Shown: positions 21,797 to 31,395 of the stretch, piece by piece
How the letters are laid out: each line of letters begins with the position of its first letter
Position numbering within the stretch: the first letter of the stretch is position 1
NCBI GenBank assembly: GCA_963830235.1
Contig: CAWHLR010000016.1
Location: 28,474 to 92,473, forward strand
From: an uncultured Verrucomicrobiae bacterium
GTDB lineage: Bacteria > Verrucomicrobiota > Verrucomicrobiia > Limisphaerales > UBA11358
DNA length: 64,000 nt
Direction: 5' to 3'
Position numbers and translations under genes: made by a program
The notes under the pieces: model-generated
What the model was told of the DNA's origin: nothing
Database searches by the model: none
What the model saw: the letters and a program-made list of their open reading frames with translations, nothing else

Positions 21797-23269
21797 ATGT
21801 TTTCATCGGAAGTCAAATCGGTTCATTTTGTCGGCATCGGCGGCACGGCCATGGCGTCCGCCGCCGCGGCCATGCAGGAAAAAGGCTTTGCCGTCACCGG
21901 CTCGGACCAGAATGTGTATCCGCCCATGTCCACGTTCCTCGCGGAGCGGAAGATCGGGGTGATGAACGGTTACGCGGAGCGGAACCTCGCGCACAAGCCC
22001 GGCTTGGTGGTGATTGGCAACGCCATCTCGCGCGGCAACCCGGAGGCCGAGTTCGTGCTCGACCACAAGCTGCGCTATTGTTCGCTGCCGGCGCTGCTGG
22101 CGGAATTTTTCATTCGCGGCAAACGCTCCATCGTCGTCTCCGGCACGCACGGCAAGACCACCACGACCTCGCTGCTGACGTGGGTGTTCGAGCACAACGG
22201 GTTGAATCCAAGCTACCTCATCGGCGGCATCCCGAATAATCTCAGCCAGGGCGCGCGATTCACCAACAGCGAGTGGTTCGTCATCGAAGGCGACGAATAT
22301 GACACCGCGTTTTTCGACAAGCGCAGCAAGTTCATCCATTACCAGCCGGAAATCGGCATCGTCAACAACCTCGAATTCGACCATGCCGACATTTTTGAAA
22401 ACCTGGACGCCATCAAAAAAACCTTCTCGCACTTCATCCGGCTCATCCCGCGCAACGGCCTGCTGCTCGGCAACGGCGACGACCCGAACCTCGCGCCGCT
22501 GCTCAACGTGACCCATTGCCCGGTCAAGCGTTTCGGGCTTGGCGCCAGTGGCACGGGCATCCTGCCCGTGCGAACCGCAGACGAAACACACGGGCAGGAT
22601 GCCCGCGCCACTACAGCCACGCCCTTGGCAATTCAGGCGTTCAATATTCGTTACGGCCCGACGGCGACGGAGTTTGAAATCCCCAGTTTCAAATTTCATC
22701 TGAACATGGTTGGCGAACTGAACGTGCGGAACGCGCTGGCGGTCATCGCCTGCGCCAAGCATTGCGGGTTGAAGAACCAGCAAATCCAGTCCGCGTTCGA
22801 CACGTTCAAGGGCATCAAACGCCGGATGGAAGTGCGCGGCATCGCGGGCGGCGTGACGTTGATTGACGATTTCGGCCATCACCCCACCGCGATTCGGGAG
22901 ACGCTGAAGGCGCTGCGCTTGAAATATCCGCACGAAAAAATCTGGGCCATCTTCGAGCCGCGCTCTAATACGACGCGGCGGAACGTGTTTCAATCCGAAC
23001 TGGCCACCGCTTTTGCCGATGCCGACGCGGTGGTGGTGGCGGAAGTGGCGCGGCTGGAACAAATCGCGCCGGAAGAGCGGCTCGACCCGGAAAAATTGAT
23101 GCAGGATTTGAAAACCGCCGGCAAGGATGCGGCTTATCTGCCCGACGTGGACGCCATTGTCGCACACGTCGCCAAAAGCGCGCAGGGCGGCGACATCGTG
23201 GTGGTGTTCAGCAACGGCGGTTTCGGCGGCATCCACGCCAAGCTGCTGGAGCGGCTGGGACGGCGGTAG
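21797..23269 (+). CDS. mpl: Murein peptide ligase (Mpl/MurC family)
   Basis: GIGGTAM, VYPPMST, SGTHGKTTT, EGDEYDTAFFDKRSKF, NLEFDHADIF, DDFGHHPTAI, FEPRSNT, SNGGFGGIH. Confidence 0.92.
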   Translation: MFSSEVKSVHFVGIGGTAMASAAAAMQEKGFAVTGSDQNVYPPMSTFLAERKIGVMNGYAERNLAHKPGLVVIGNAISRGNPEAEFVLDHKLRYCSLPALLAEFFIRGKRSIVVSGTHGKTTTTSLLTWVFEHNGLNPSYLIGGIPNNLSQGARFTNSEWFVIEGDEYDTAFFDKRSKFIHYQPEIGIVNNLEFDHADIFENLDAIKKTFSHFIRLIPRNGLLLGNGDDPNLAPLLNVTHCPVKRFGLGASGTGILPVRTADETHGQDARATTATPLAIQAFNIRYGPTATEFEIPSFKFHLNMVGELNVRNALAVIACAKHCGLKNQQIQSAFDTFKGIKRRMEVRGIAGGVTLIDDFGHHPTAIRETLKALRLKYPHEKIWAIFEPRSNTTRRNVFQSELATAFADADAVVVAEVARLEQIAPEERLDPEKLMQDLKTAGKDAAYLPDVDAIVAHVAKSAQGGDIVVVFSNGGFGGIHAKLLERLGRR

Positions 23270-23433
23270 ATTTCCCGCCACTTACCCGGCGTAGTAACCG
23301 GTCTAATTTTTCCGACCGGCGTACGCTGTTTCCTTGAAAAACCGGAACTCCCCGTTCATTCTAAAGCATTATGAATTGTGCCGTGACGGTTCCGGTGAAA
23401 AATTCCCGGTCGCGCGGCGCAGGAAAGACGACC

Positions 23434-24780
23434 ATGTCCTATCGAGCCTGGTTTCAATGTATTAATCCGGAGTGCGGGCAGACCTACCCGCTGAACTCCA
23501 TCGTCTATCAATGCCAGCGCTGCCGTTCGCTGCTGGAGGTGCAGCATGACCTCAAGGCGCTGAAACGCCGCAGCGCCGCAAGCTGGAAAAAACTTTTCGA
23601 GAAGCGCTACAAAAGCAACGAATGGCCCTACGGCTCCGGCGTGTGGGGCAAAAAGGAATGGATCCTGCCGCAGATCAAAAACGACGACGTGGTTTCACTT
23701 TACGAAGGCGGCACCAATCTGTTCTGGGCCGAACGCTTCGGCAAGATCATCGGGGTGGACGAACTTTGGGTCAAACTCTGCGGCAACACCCACAGCGGCT
23801 CGTTCAAGGACCTCGGCATGACGGTGCTCGTGTCGCAGGTGAAGCAGATGATTTCCGAGGGCGCGCCCATCAAGGCCGTCGTCTGCGCCTCCACCGGCGA
23901 CACCTCGGCGGCGCTGGCCACCTACTGCGCCGCGGCGGGCATCCCGTCCATCGTGCTCCTCCCGCGCGGGAAAATTTCCGGCGCGCAGCTCATCCAGCCG
24001 ATTTCCAACGGCGCGCTCGTGCTCTATCTCGACACCGACTTCGACGGCTGCATGAAGCTCGTCCAGGAAATTACCAGGGACGAAACGCTCTATCTGGCCA
24101 ACTCGATGAATTCGCTGCGGGTCGAGGGCCAGAAGACCGTGGGCATTGAAATTGTCCAGCAGTTTGACTGGCAGGTGCCCGACGTGATGATCATTCCCGG
24201 CGGCAATCTCGGCAACGTCTCCGCGCTCGGCAAGGGCCTGATGATGATGAAAGACCTCGGCCTGATCTCAAAGCTGCCGCGCATCGTGGTGGCTCAGGCG
24301 GAGCGGGCCAATCCGCTTTACCTATCCTATCTGAAGAACTTCGAGACGTTCGAGCCGGTTCAGGCGCAAAAGACTTTGGCCAGTGCCATTCAAATCGGCA
24401 ACCCGGTCAGCATCGAAAAAGCCGTCCGCACGTTGAAACAATTCAACGGCATCGTCGAACAGGCCAGCGAGGAGGAACTGGCCAACGCCGCGGCGCTGGG
24501 CGACCGCACCGGCATGTTCAACTGCCCGCACACCGGCGTGGCGCTGGCGGTCCTGATCAAACTGCTCAAGGCCGGCAAGATTGACAAAAAAGAGCGCGTG
24601 GTCGTCATCTCCACGGCGCACGGACTGAAGTTTGTCGAGATGAAGGTGAGGTATCACAAGCGGGAACTGGATTTTCCATGCCGCCATGCGAACCAGCCCA
24701 TCGAACTGCCGGCGCGGCTGGACGCGGTGAAGAACGCGCTCAAGCTGGCCCTCAAGGAAAGGAACCGGTTCAATGTCTAG
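23434..24780 (+). CDS. thrC: Threonine synthase
   Basis: [10 protein letters not shown] (PLP lysine), [30 protein letters not shown]. Confidence 0.93.
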   Translation: MSYRAWFQCINPECGQTYPLNSIVYQCQRCRSLLEVQHDLKALKRRSAASWKKLFEKRYKSNEWPYGSGVWGKKEWILPQIKNDDVVSLYEGGTNLFWAERFGKIIGVDELWVKLCGNTHSGSFKDLGMTVLVSQVKQMISEGAPIKAVVCASTGDTSAALATYCAAAGIPSIVLLPRGKISGAQLIQPISNGALVLYLDTDFDGCMKLVQEITRDETLYLANSMNSLRVEGQKTVGIEIVQQFDWQVPDVMIIPGGNLGNVSALGKGLMMMKDLGLISKLPRIVVAQAERANPLYLSYLKNFETFEPVQAQKTLASAIQIGNPVSIEKAVRTLKQFNGIVEQASEEELANAAALGDRTGMFNCPHTGVALAVLIKLLKAGKIDKKERVVVISTAHGLKFVEMKVRYHKRELDFPCRHANQPIELPARLDAVKNALKLALKERNRFNV

Positions 24781-24784
24781 CATT

Positions 24785-25043
24785 CGGAGGGGCGAGTTAC
24801 ACGAGTCCCAAAATTATTTTTCACGGAGAGTCAGGGGCTCGCAGAGTTCGCCCTTCCGAAACAAGGCTTTAAATTGTAAAAAGCTTGCGTTGGCGCGGCA
24901 GCGTCTTGGACTGCGGTGGCCCTCCACCGCTTTGGCACTGCCGTCGTCTGTACAAAGCGCCAGAGGGCTGGCGCACTCCAAAACCTGGCGGACGTTCGGA
25001 CGGTTCATGGAGAGTTTGGGGCTTGCAGAGCTCGCCCCTCCGA
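24785..25043. repeat. Cluster of REP-like palindromes
   Basis: CGGAGGGGCGAG...CTCGCAGAGTTCGCCCTTCCG, TTGGACTGCGGTGGCCCTCCACCGCTTT...AAAGCGCCAGAGGGCTGGCGCACTCCAA and a second GCAGAGCTCGCCCCTCCG. Confidence 0.75.
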
Positions 25044-25062
25044 AAGGACAAGGATTTGTTCA

Positions 25063-26271
25063 ATGACTTCTAAAATTCACAACTCGCAAAAGTGGGGACC
25101 GGCGACGCTGGCGATTCACGGCCACGGCAAGCATCGCAAGGCGCACCACGCCGTTTCCACGCCCATCGTCCACACCTCGAACTACAGCTTCGAGTCCACG
25201 TCCGAAGTTTTCGAATTCATGCAGGCCAAGGGCCAGGGCCGCGTCATCCGCGAACACGAATACGGCCGCTACGGCAATCCCACGCAGCAGGAGACCGAGC
25301 GCAAGCTCGCCGCCGTTGAGGGCGCCGAACGGGCCATTCTGTTTTCCACCGGCATGAGCGCGGTCATTCTCACGCTCATGGCCTACATGCAAAAGGACGG
25401 CCACATCATTTTCACGAGCGACTGCTACCGGCAGACGCGCGATTTCGCGAACAACTTTTTGAAGAAATTCGGGATTCAAACCAGCCTCGTCGCGCCCACG
25501 GCGGCGGCCATCGAAGCAGCCATCCAGCCCAACACCAACATCATATTCACCGAGCTGCCGACGAATCCCTACCTGCGCGTGCCGGACCTCCCGGCCATCG
25601 TGAAGGTCGCGAAACGGCACAAGTTGCTCACGATGATTGACGCGACACTGGCCACGCCCTTCAACATCCGTCCGCTGGAAATTGGCGTGGACATCGTCAT
25701 CCACTCGGCCACGAAATATCTCGGCGGCCACAACGACCTGCTGGCCGGCGTCACGCTGGGCCATCACCAGCAGCTCGAAGACCTGAACAAGCTGCAGCGC
25801 ATGATCGGTTCCATTCCCGGACCGCTCACCTGCTTTCTGCTGGAACGCGGTCTGAAAACCTTCGGCCTGCGGATGGAACATCACAACCGGGCCGGACTCG
25901 AAATCGCCCGCTTCCTCGAAGCGCATCCCAAAATCCTGAAGGTCTGGTATCCCGGATTGAAATCGCATCCGGACAACCGGCTGGCGAAAAAACAGATGCG
26001 CGGCTTCGGCAGCGTCATCAGTTTCCTTGTGAAAGGCGACGACCAGGAAACGCGGCGGTTCATTGACTCGCTGGAACTCTTTCTCATCACGCCCAGCCTC
26101 GGCGGTTCCGAGAGCCTCGTCACCCAGATGTCCATGATGTCGTTCTTCGATTATCCGGTGGCCTACCGCAAATCCCTCGGCATGGTGGACAACCTCGTCC
26201 GCATCGCCCTCGGCCTGGAAAACGTCGAGGATTTGATCACCGACCTGAAACAGGCGCTGGCGAAGATTTGA
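25063..26271 (+). CDS. metB: Cystathionine gamma-synthase / Cys-Met metabolism PLP enzyme
   Basis: YGRYGNPT, ELPTNP, HSATKYLGGHNDL, SLGGSESL. Confidence 0.8.
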   Translation: MTSKIHNSQKWGPATLAIHGHGKHRKAHHAVSTPIVHTSNYSFESTSEVFEFMQAKGQGRVIREHEYGRYGNPTQQETERKLAAVEGAERAILFSTGMSAVILTLMAYMQKDGHIIFTSDCYRQTRDFANNFLKKFGIQTSLVAPTAAAIEAAIQPNTNIIFTELPTNPYLRVPDLPAIVKVAKRHKLLTMIDATLATPFNIRPLEIGVDIVIHSATKYLGGHNDLLAGVTLGHHQQLEDLNKLQRMIGSIPGPLTCFLLERGLKTFGLRMEHHNRAGLEIARFLEAHPKILKVWYPGLKSHPDNRLAKKQMRGFGSVISFLVKGDDQETRRFIDSLELFLITPSLGGSESLVTQMSMMSFFDYPVAYRKSLGMVDNLVRIALGLENVEDLITDLKQALAKI

Positions 26272-26300
26272 ATTTGATTAAACCGAGGTCATTCCCGGCC

Positions 26301-26537
26301 ATGAGCACACGCCAGCAAAATGAAAGGAAATTTGGCCGCTGGGAAGCCTTGCCCGGTGGCGGACGGCGCTATCGGCTGGAGGTGACGGGCCGGCTCGGCT
26401 GGCAGGCGCGCTATTAGAAGGAGGTGGATGCGAACGAAACCACTGTGCGGTTTTGGCAGGAAATTTACGATGACGCCGGCAAATTGGTGGAGACCCATGA
26501 AAAATTCCCGGTGGATAAAGGCCACCAGAAAGTGTAG
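26301..26537 (+). pseudogene. Small hypothetical gene (78 codons) with an internal TAG at 26415-26417
   Basis: Manual translation MSTRQQNERKFGRWEALPGGGRRYRLEVTGRLGWQARY*KEVDANETTVRFWQEIYDDAGKLVETHEKFPVDKGHQKV*; ends 9 bp before the next ATG. Confidence 0.65.
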
Positions 26538-26546
26538 GCTACAGCC

Positions 26547-26807
26547 ATGACGATCACGAAACAAACCGTCGCCGACAAAATCGCCGCGTATCTCCACCAT
26601 GAGTTGACGCTGGAGCAGTTGGTGGATTGGGCGGAACAAGTCATGCTGGATGGCAAACTGGCCGAACGTGATGCCCAGACGCTTTCGTCCGTGGTCGCCC
26701 GCCTCGGCGTGGCCGACGTGCGCGCGTTTGGCCTGGCCTGGGAAGATTGCGAAGCGCTGCTTCATAAACTCGGTTTTTCTCCGCGCGTGGAAGTGGTCGC
26801 GGCCTGA
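26547..26807 (+). CDS. Small helical hypothetical protein
   Basis: 86-aa ORF closely coupled to the upstream pseudogene. Confidence 0.75.
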   Translation: MTITKQTVADKIAAYLHHELTLEQLVDWAEQVMLDGKLAERDAQTLSSVVARLGVADVRAFGLAWEDCEALLHKLGFSPRVEVVAA

Positions 26808-26889
26808 TCACGGGCTGCGCGCCAGCAAGCGTTAAGGCAAATTGTCGGTCTCTCAACCCTCAACCAAGAACTCTCATCGCCTTTCAGTG

Positions 26890-27006
26890 ATGAACATTGT
26901 CGGCCAGATTCCGCTGGAAGATTTGGATTGGGTGGTGGACGGCCGCCATCAGAAATTGATTCCCAACCCGGAACACAAACCCGGCGAGCTTTCCGACGAG
27001 TTCTGA
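26890..27006 (+). pseudogene. 3' remnant of a clan AA aspartyl protease-like gene
   Basis: NIVGQIPLEDLDWVVDGRHQKLIPNPEH resembles the C-terminus of 36840..37277 (VLIGQTLLEKMDLLVDCNRQRLVPAHPE). Confidence 0.6.
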
Positions 27007-27080
27007 TTCCTGCCTCTTAAATTGGTTGCTTTGGCGTTGAATCTTGTAAAGCCAAAGGGCATCATTGCTTCCGAAAAATC

Positions 27081-28025
27081 GTGGCTACGATCAACAAACT
27101 TTCAAAACTGTTTACTGCGCTCGCGGAACAAAATGTTTCCAGGGCGGAGGACATTGCCTCCGACATCGTTTCCGAGGAAGAGCGAAGGGGGCACCACGGC
27201 GCGGCTAAACTGTTGCGCGGATCTTTGCGTCCGAATGGAGGGAATGGAGGGCAATCTTCAAACGGCTCGCTACAACACCCAACATTCAGCAGACTTTTAT
27301 CGGACGCGCTGTCGCCTCAGCATGTTTCTACGAAACTGAGCGATGTGGCGCTCCGGCCGAAAGTACGAGAGGAACTCGATACGATCATCCGAGAGTGGCG
27401 TTACCAATCGGAATTGGCGGCGGCAGGAGTTCGCCGAAGAAGCCGCCTTTTTTTTCATGGACCGCCGGGCTGTGGGAAGAGCCATACGGCGAGGGCGCTG
27501 GGTTTTGAATTCGGCTTGCCGACGTTTCTGGTTCGTTTTGACGGCGTCATTGGAGCTTACCTTGGTCAGACGGCCATTCACCTGAGAGAAATGTTTCGTT
27601 TTGCGGAGAGAACCCCATGCGTGCTGGTGTTCGATGAAGTCGATGCACTCGGCAAGAGGCGCGGCAATCCACTTGATGTTGGTGAATTGGATCGAATCGT
27701 CATCGCGTTCATGCAGGAGCTGGAGCACTCCCAACCAAAAGGTTTGGTCATTGCGACCTCGAACCTTCCTCGCGAGCTTGACCATGCACTCTGGCGGAGA
27801 TTTGATCTGATTCTTGAATTTCCTGCCCCCACAAAGGCTGAGTTGGCTTCTTTCTTGTCATCGCTCACAAAAAAACACCCTTCAGCTTCTGCGCGCCATT
27901 CCAAGAATGAAGTGTTGAGAGCCAGAAGCTACGCGGAGGCCGAGCGCATTGTCGAAACGGAAGTGAGAAAAGTCGTTCTTGACCGTTGCAAAGGCAACCA
28001 TGCCACCAAACACCACAAAGGTTGA
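27081..28025 (+). CDS. AAA+ ATPase (IetA-like)
   Basis: Walker A GPPGCGKS, Walker B VLVFDEVD, ATSN sensor, LDHALWRRFD; overlaps the start of the S8 gene. Confidence 0.9.
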   Translation: MATINKLSKLFTALAEQNVSRAEDIASDIVSEEERRGHHGAAKLLRGSLRPNGGNGGQSSNGSLQHPTFSRLLSDALSPQHVSTKLSDVALRPKVREELDTIIREWRYQSELAAAGVRRRSRLFFHGPPGCGKSHTARALGFEFGLPTFLVRFDGVIGAYLGQTAIHLREMFRFAERTPCVLVFDEVDALGKRRGNPLDVGELDRIVIAFMQELEHSQPKGLVIATSNLPRELDHALWRRFDLILEFPAPTKAELASFLSSLTKKHPSASARHSKNEVLRARSYAEAERIVETEVRKVVLDRCKGNHATKHHKG

Positions 28026-30369
28026 GCCTCGGAATTTTTTCCTCAACGAGCAGCATGAGTTGGCCCGTGCGGAAAAGCCGGGGGGTGGGAGAATCCCTGA
28101 ATTCATCGGGGTCAATTGGGCGGCGAGAGGGCGCAAAATCAGTGGTTCACTTACTCGTATTCGTGATTTTGTTTCTCGGTCGCACGATCCCCTCAAAAAG
28201 TCACGGTATTTCGTGCTCGCACGCCCTATTGTGGGACTCGAGAAAAAGTCGAAAGACAAACGCGCCGAGCAAGGAAAACTCGCGGTGGAAGTCAGTTACT
28301 CCGAAGACGATTCCCTCATCTTTGGAAGACTCGGATTAGACCTGATCCAAGTCAATAGGGATGGTTCTGCCACAGTCCATGCTAGCCCCGCTCGGTTCGA
28401 AAGGCTGGTTCATTCGTCCGAGATGCTGGAGCAATTCGGGAAACGAGAAAAAGCCCGGTGGGCCACCCTAGATTCATTTGACGTGATTCCTCATGACTTC
28501 CGTGTGGATCAAGAGTGGTTGAGAGAGATGAAACCCAAGGCACCGGTCGAAGCGATAATCGAACTCCAACCTCTGCTGACGACTGTAGAGGCGGACCAGG
28601 TTGCACGAGCGATTGCTGAATTACTTCGACGATCTGAAGGTGAAGCGTTGAAAGGCATCGGCACTGATTTCTCAGGACGGAAATGGCTGAGAGGATGGAT
28701 GCTCAAAGAGTCACTGCTCAATCTCGCTAAAGTGTTCTTCACGATACAGTCAATTCACCCACCACTTTTCTCAGTATTTCACAGTGTTACTGGCAAATCT
28801 CATAGCTTGAAGGATGTCTTATCGAAAATTGCGCCGGTGGATGCGCGTGAACTTCCTTGTGTCGGCATACTGGATACCGGCGTTCCTCCCGATCATTTGC
28901 GTTTAGCTCCATATCGCCGTGGACAGTTCATAGCTCCGGACTCGGTTGGTTCAGCGGCTGGCGATCACGGTTCGTTTGTTGCTTCTCGCGTTGTATTCGG
29001 AGATGTGGATTACAGTAACGGGTTACCCACCACAGCACCTATCGGCGATTGTTCATTTTACGACGTCAACATCGCAGAGAATGAAGATCGAACACACGAA
29101 AAGAGTGTGCTCCCCGCGTTTGAAGCGATGGCTGGCGCTGCGCCTGATGTGCGGGTATTCAACTGTAGTTTTGACAATCTCCGTCCGCTTGACTCGGAAT
29201 TACCAACCGTACGCAGGGAGAAACTGATACTTTTGCAGGACTTGGATAATTTCATTTTTGCGCGAGATGTGCTGGTTGTTGTTGCAGCGGGCAACAGCCC
29301 TCGCGGCATCGCTCCTGCGACTCCGTATCCACGACACTACGGTGATCCTCAGTGGGCCTTGGGTACATGGCCGAGGAGCTTTAATGCTTTGACCTGTGGT
29401 TCGTTTGTAAATCGCCCCCACTCCGACGGCGTAGCGCAAGAAATAGGCGCTCCGAGTCCTTTTACTAAAGTCGGCCCTGGGTTATGCGACAGTCCGAAGC
29501 CTGATTTTTCCGAGCATGGTGGCAACGGTAATCGTGATTATAGATTTCAGCCTGGTTTGGGCGTATGGGGATGCACCGCTTCAGGTTTGTGGGAAGATCG
29601 GTCAGGAACTTCATTCGCTGCACCGCTCCTTGCTCGACGGGCAGCCTTAGTCTTGCGCCATCTTCAAAAGTTCTGCGAAGCTGAAACGCGCCCCTTCGCG
29701 GTGACGGCAAAAGCCTATTTGACATTGAGTGCGACCCAGACATCGCTCAGTCCCGCCTTAAAGCCACTCGCTGACAGGACTTTGGGATATGGCCAGGCGA
29801 GCACTCAACAGCTTGAGAGGGCACAAGCCGACAGAGCGCTGTTGCTCTGGCAAGGAATCTTGGACGGTCCATCTGACTTAATTCGAGTCCAACTGCCGGT
29901 TCCTCGGGATTGGTTAAAGTACGCCAAAGCCCCGAGTTTGCGACTAGTACTGGCGTGGGACTCCCCAGTCAATGCAGCGGTTGAAAATCTCTGGGCGAGC
30001 CGGAAAGTAAATGTACAGCTTCGAACTCAATTGGGGGCTGCTGCGCTTCGCGGTTCGCGAACAGGGCACAAAACCTATCCACTTGTCGAACGCCTCTACG
30101 ACCTAAAACGTTTACCAGATGGCGTTGAGGTGAAAGATGATCTTTGGGTGCTTGAGTTTTCCTATGAGCAGGCGGCTGAATATTACTCAGCGATTGATTT
30201 CAACCCAAAACAGCGATTGGCGTTTGCTGCAGAGTTGTATGATCAAGCTGAAAAGCCTATTTCTCCTCAGCCGATGCTCCAGGCCTTACCCATCGTTGAT
30301 TCTATGAATCGCTTCAGCATTGGGATCACTCCCATCCGGAATCCTATTGTTTTGAAAAATCGCGTGTAA
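28000..30369 (+). CDS. S8 subtilisin-like serine protease (IetS-like), no signal peptide
   Basis: Catalytic motifs ILDTGV, DHGSFVAS, AAGNS, GTSFAAP; visibly lower GC than the flanks. Confidence 0.9.
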   Translation: MPPNTTKVEPRNFFLNEQHELARAEKPGGGRIPEFIGVNWAARGRKISGSLTRIRDFVSRSHDPLKKSRYFVLARPIVGLEKKSKDKRAEQGKLAVEVSYSEDDSLIFGRLGLDLIQVNRDGSATVHASPARFERLVHSSEMLEQFGKREKARWATLDSFDVIPHDFRVDQEWLREMKPKAPVEAIIELQPLLTTVEADQVARAIAELLRRSEGEALKGIGTDFSGRKWLRGWMLKESLLNLAKVFFTIQSIHPPLFSVFHSVTGKSHSLKDVLSKIAPVDARELPCVGILDTGVPPDHLRLAPYRRGQFIAPDSVGSAAGDHGSFVASRVVFGDVDYSNGLPTTAPIGDCSFYDVNIAENEDRTHEKSVLPAFEAMAGAAPDVRVFNCSFDNLRPLDSELPTVRREKLILLQDLDNFIFARDVLVVVAAGNSPRGIAPATPYPRHYGDPQWALGTWPRSFNALTCGSFVNRPHSDGVAQEIGAPSPFTKVGPGLCDSPKPDFSEHGGNGNRDYRFQPGLGVWGCTASGLWEDRSGTSFAAPLLARRAALVLRHLQKFCEAETRPFAVTAKAYLTLSATQTSLSPALKPLADRTLGYGQASTQQLERAQADRALLLWQGILDGPSDLIRVQLPVPRDWLKYAKAPSLRLVLAWDSPVNAAVENLWASRKVNVQLRTQLGAAALRGSRTGHKTYPLVERLYDLKRLPDGVEVKDDLWVLEFSYEQAAEYYSAIDFNPKQRLAFAAELYDQAEKPISPQPMLQALPIVDSMNRFSIGITPIRNPIVLKNRV

Positions 30370-30400
30370 CCACAATCACTTCGTCGTGTGATACGGTTAC
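30366..30400 (+). terminator. Hairpin at the end of the S8 gene
   Basis: GTAACC-ACA-ATCAC...GTGAT-AC-GGTTAC imperfect stem; no U-tract. Confidence 0.3.
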
Positions 30401-30438
30401 GAGGAAGAATTGATCAGCTCAAGTCGTGTCAAAACCTT

Positions 30439-30556
30439 TGCGTCTCCGCGTCTCTGCGTTGGAAAAATCCGTGTCCATTCCGCCTTCGCCAGCTTCGGCG
30501 CGACAAGCCGTGGTTAAAAAATGCTTTCGTGTGTTTGGTGTGATTCGTGGTTAAAT
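30439..30556. repeat. Cluster of short-unit repeats with a nested 29-bp palindrome
   Basis: TGCGTCTCCGCGTCTCTGCG, ATCCGTGTCCAT[29 bp]CCGTGGTTAAA, TTCGTGTGTTTGGTGTGATTCGTGGTTAAA. Confidence 0.7.
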
Positions 30557-30563
30557 TGCGCGC

Positions 30564-31307
30564 GTGCCGAGTTCTGAATTGGTTTTTCCCGCCGCGTTGA
30601 TGGTCACCGAGCAGACCATTGACCTCTCCAGCTTTTCCCCGCGGCAAAAGACTTTTTATCTGAACCTGTTTTGGGAAACCGTGGACGTTTGCAACGCTGC
30701 CAGGAAGCCCCGCGTCGTCATCGGGATGGCCGGCCCCACCGGCGCCGGGAAATCGGTCGTGGCCGTCCTGTTCCAGGAACTGGCCAAACAAGCCCGCCTG
30801 CCGTTCGCGTTCGAGGCCATCACCATTGACGCCTATCATTATCCGAACCGCCACCTGCTGTCGCATTTTTCGGACGGCGTGCCGCTGAAACAGGTCAAGG
30901 GCCGGTTCGACACTTATGACGTCGCGGCCCTGGCCAGGGACCTGAAAGCTTTCGCGGCGGGCGAAACCATCGCCTTCCCGGCGTATTCACGAAAATTGCA
31001 CGACCCGGTCCCGAACCGCATCCGGGTGGAGACGCCCGCGGCCCTGCTGTTGGTGGAGGGACTCTGGCTGCTGTCCGATCACGGCGACTGGGCGCAGGTG
31101 CGGCTGCTGCTGGATTTTTGCTATTTTATTGAATCCGACAAGGAGCGGACGCAGCCGGCTGTAATCAAGCGGCACATGACCGGCGGCAGGACTTATGAGG
31201 ATGCGGCCCGGCATTACGCCGAGGTGGACGGCCGGAATTCCGATTTGGTGCTCCAGACCCGGCACAAGGCCGACAAGGTCATCCCGCCATACTATCGGGT
31301 CGAATGA
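30564..31307 (+). CDS. P-loop kinase (pantothenate/uridine kinase-like)
   Basis: GPTGAGKS, IDAYHY, KGRFDTYD, PAYSRKLHDP, LVEGLWLL. Confidence 0.8.
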   Translation: MPSSELVFPAALMVTEQTIDLSSFSPRQKTFYLNLFWETVDVCNAARKPRVVIGMAGPTGAGKSVVAVLFQELAKQARLPFAFEAITIDAYHYPNRHLLSHFSDGVPLKQVKGRFDTYDVAALARDLKAFAAGETIAFPAYSRKLHDPVPNRIRVETPAALLLVEGLWLLSDHGDWAQVRLLLDFCYFIESDKERTQPAVIKRHMTGGRTYEDAARHYAEVDGRNSDLVLQTRHKADKVIPPYYRVE

Positions 31308-31395
31308 CCCTGCCCGTGCCGCGAGCAACCAGCCTTGAAGAGAAAAGAACCTGCGCTTATCCGCGTTATCTGCGGTTGAAAGCATTGCCGAGCCG

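Noticed and set aside
26415-26417. Amber recoding (pyrrolysine or alternative genetic code)
   Set aside because: TAG terminates several ordinary genes here (gatB, mpl, thrC, pepF) and no recoding machinery is visible
30362-30402. attC site after the S8 gene
   Set aside because: TAAC/GTTA ends are present but the structure is about 40 bp, too short, and lacks L boxes
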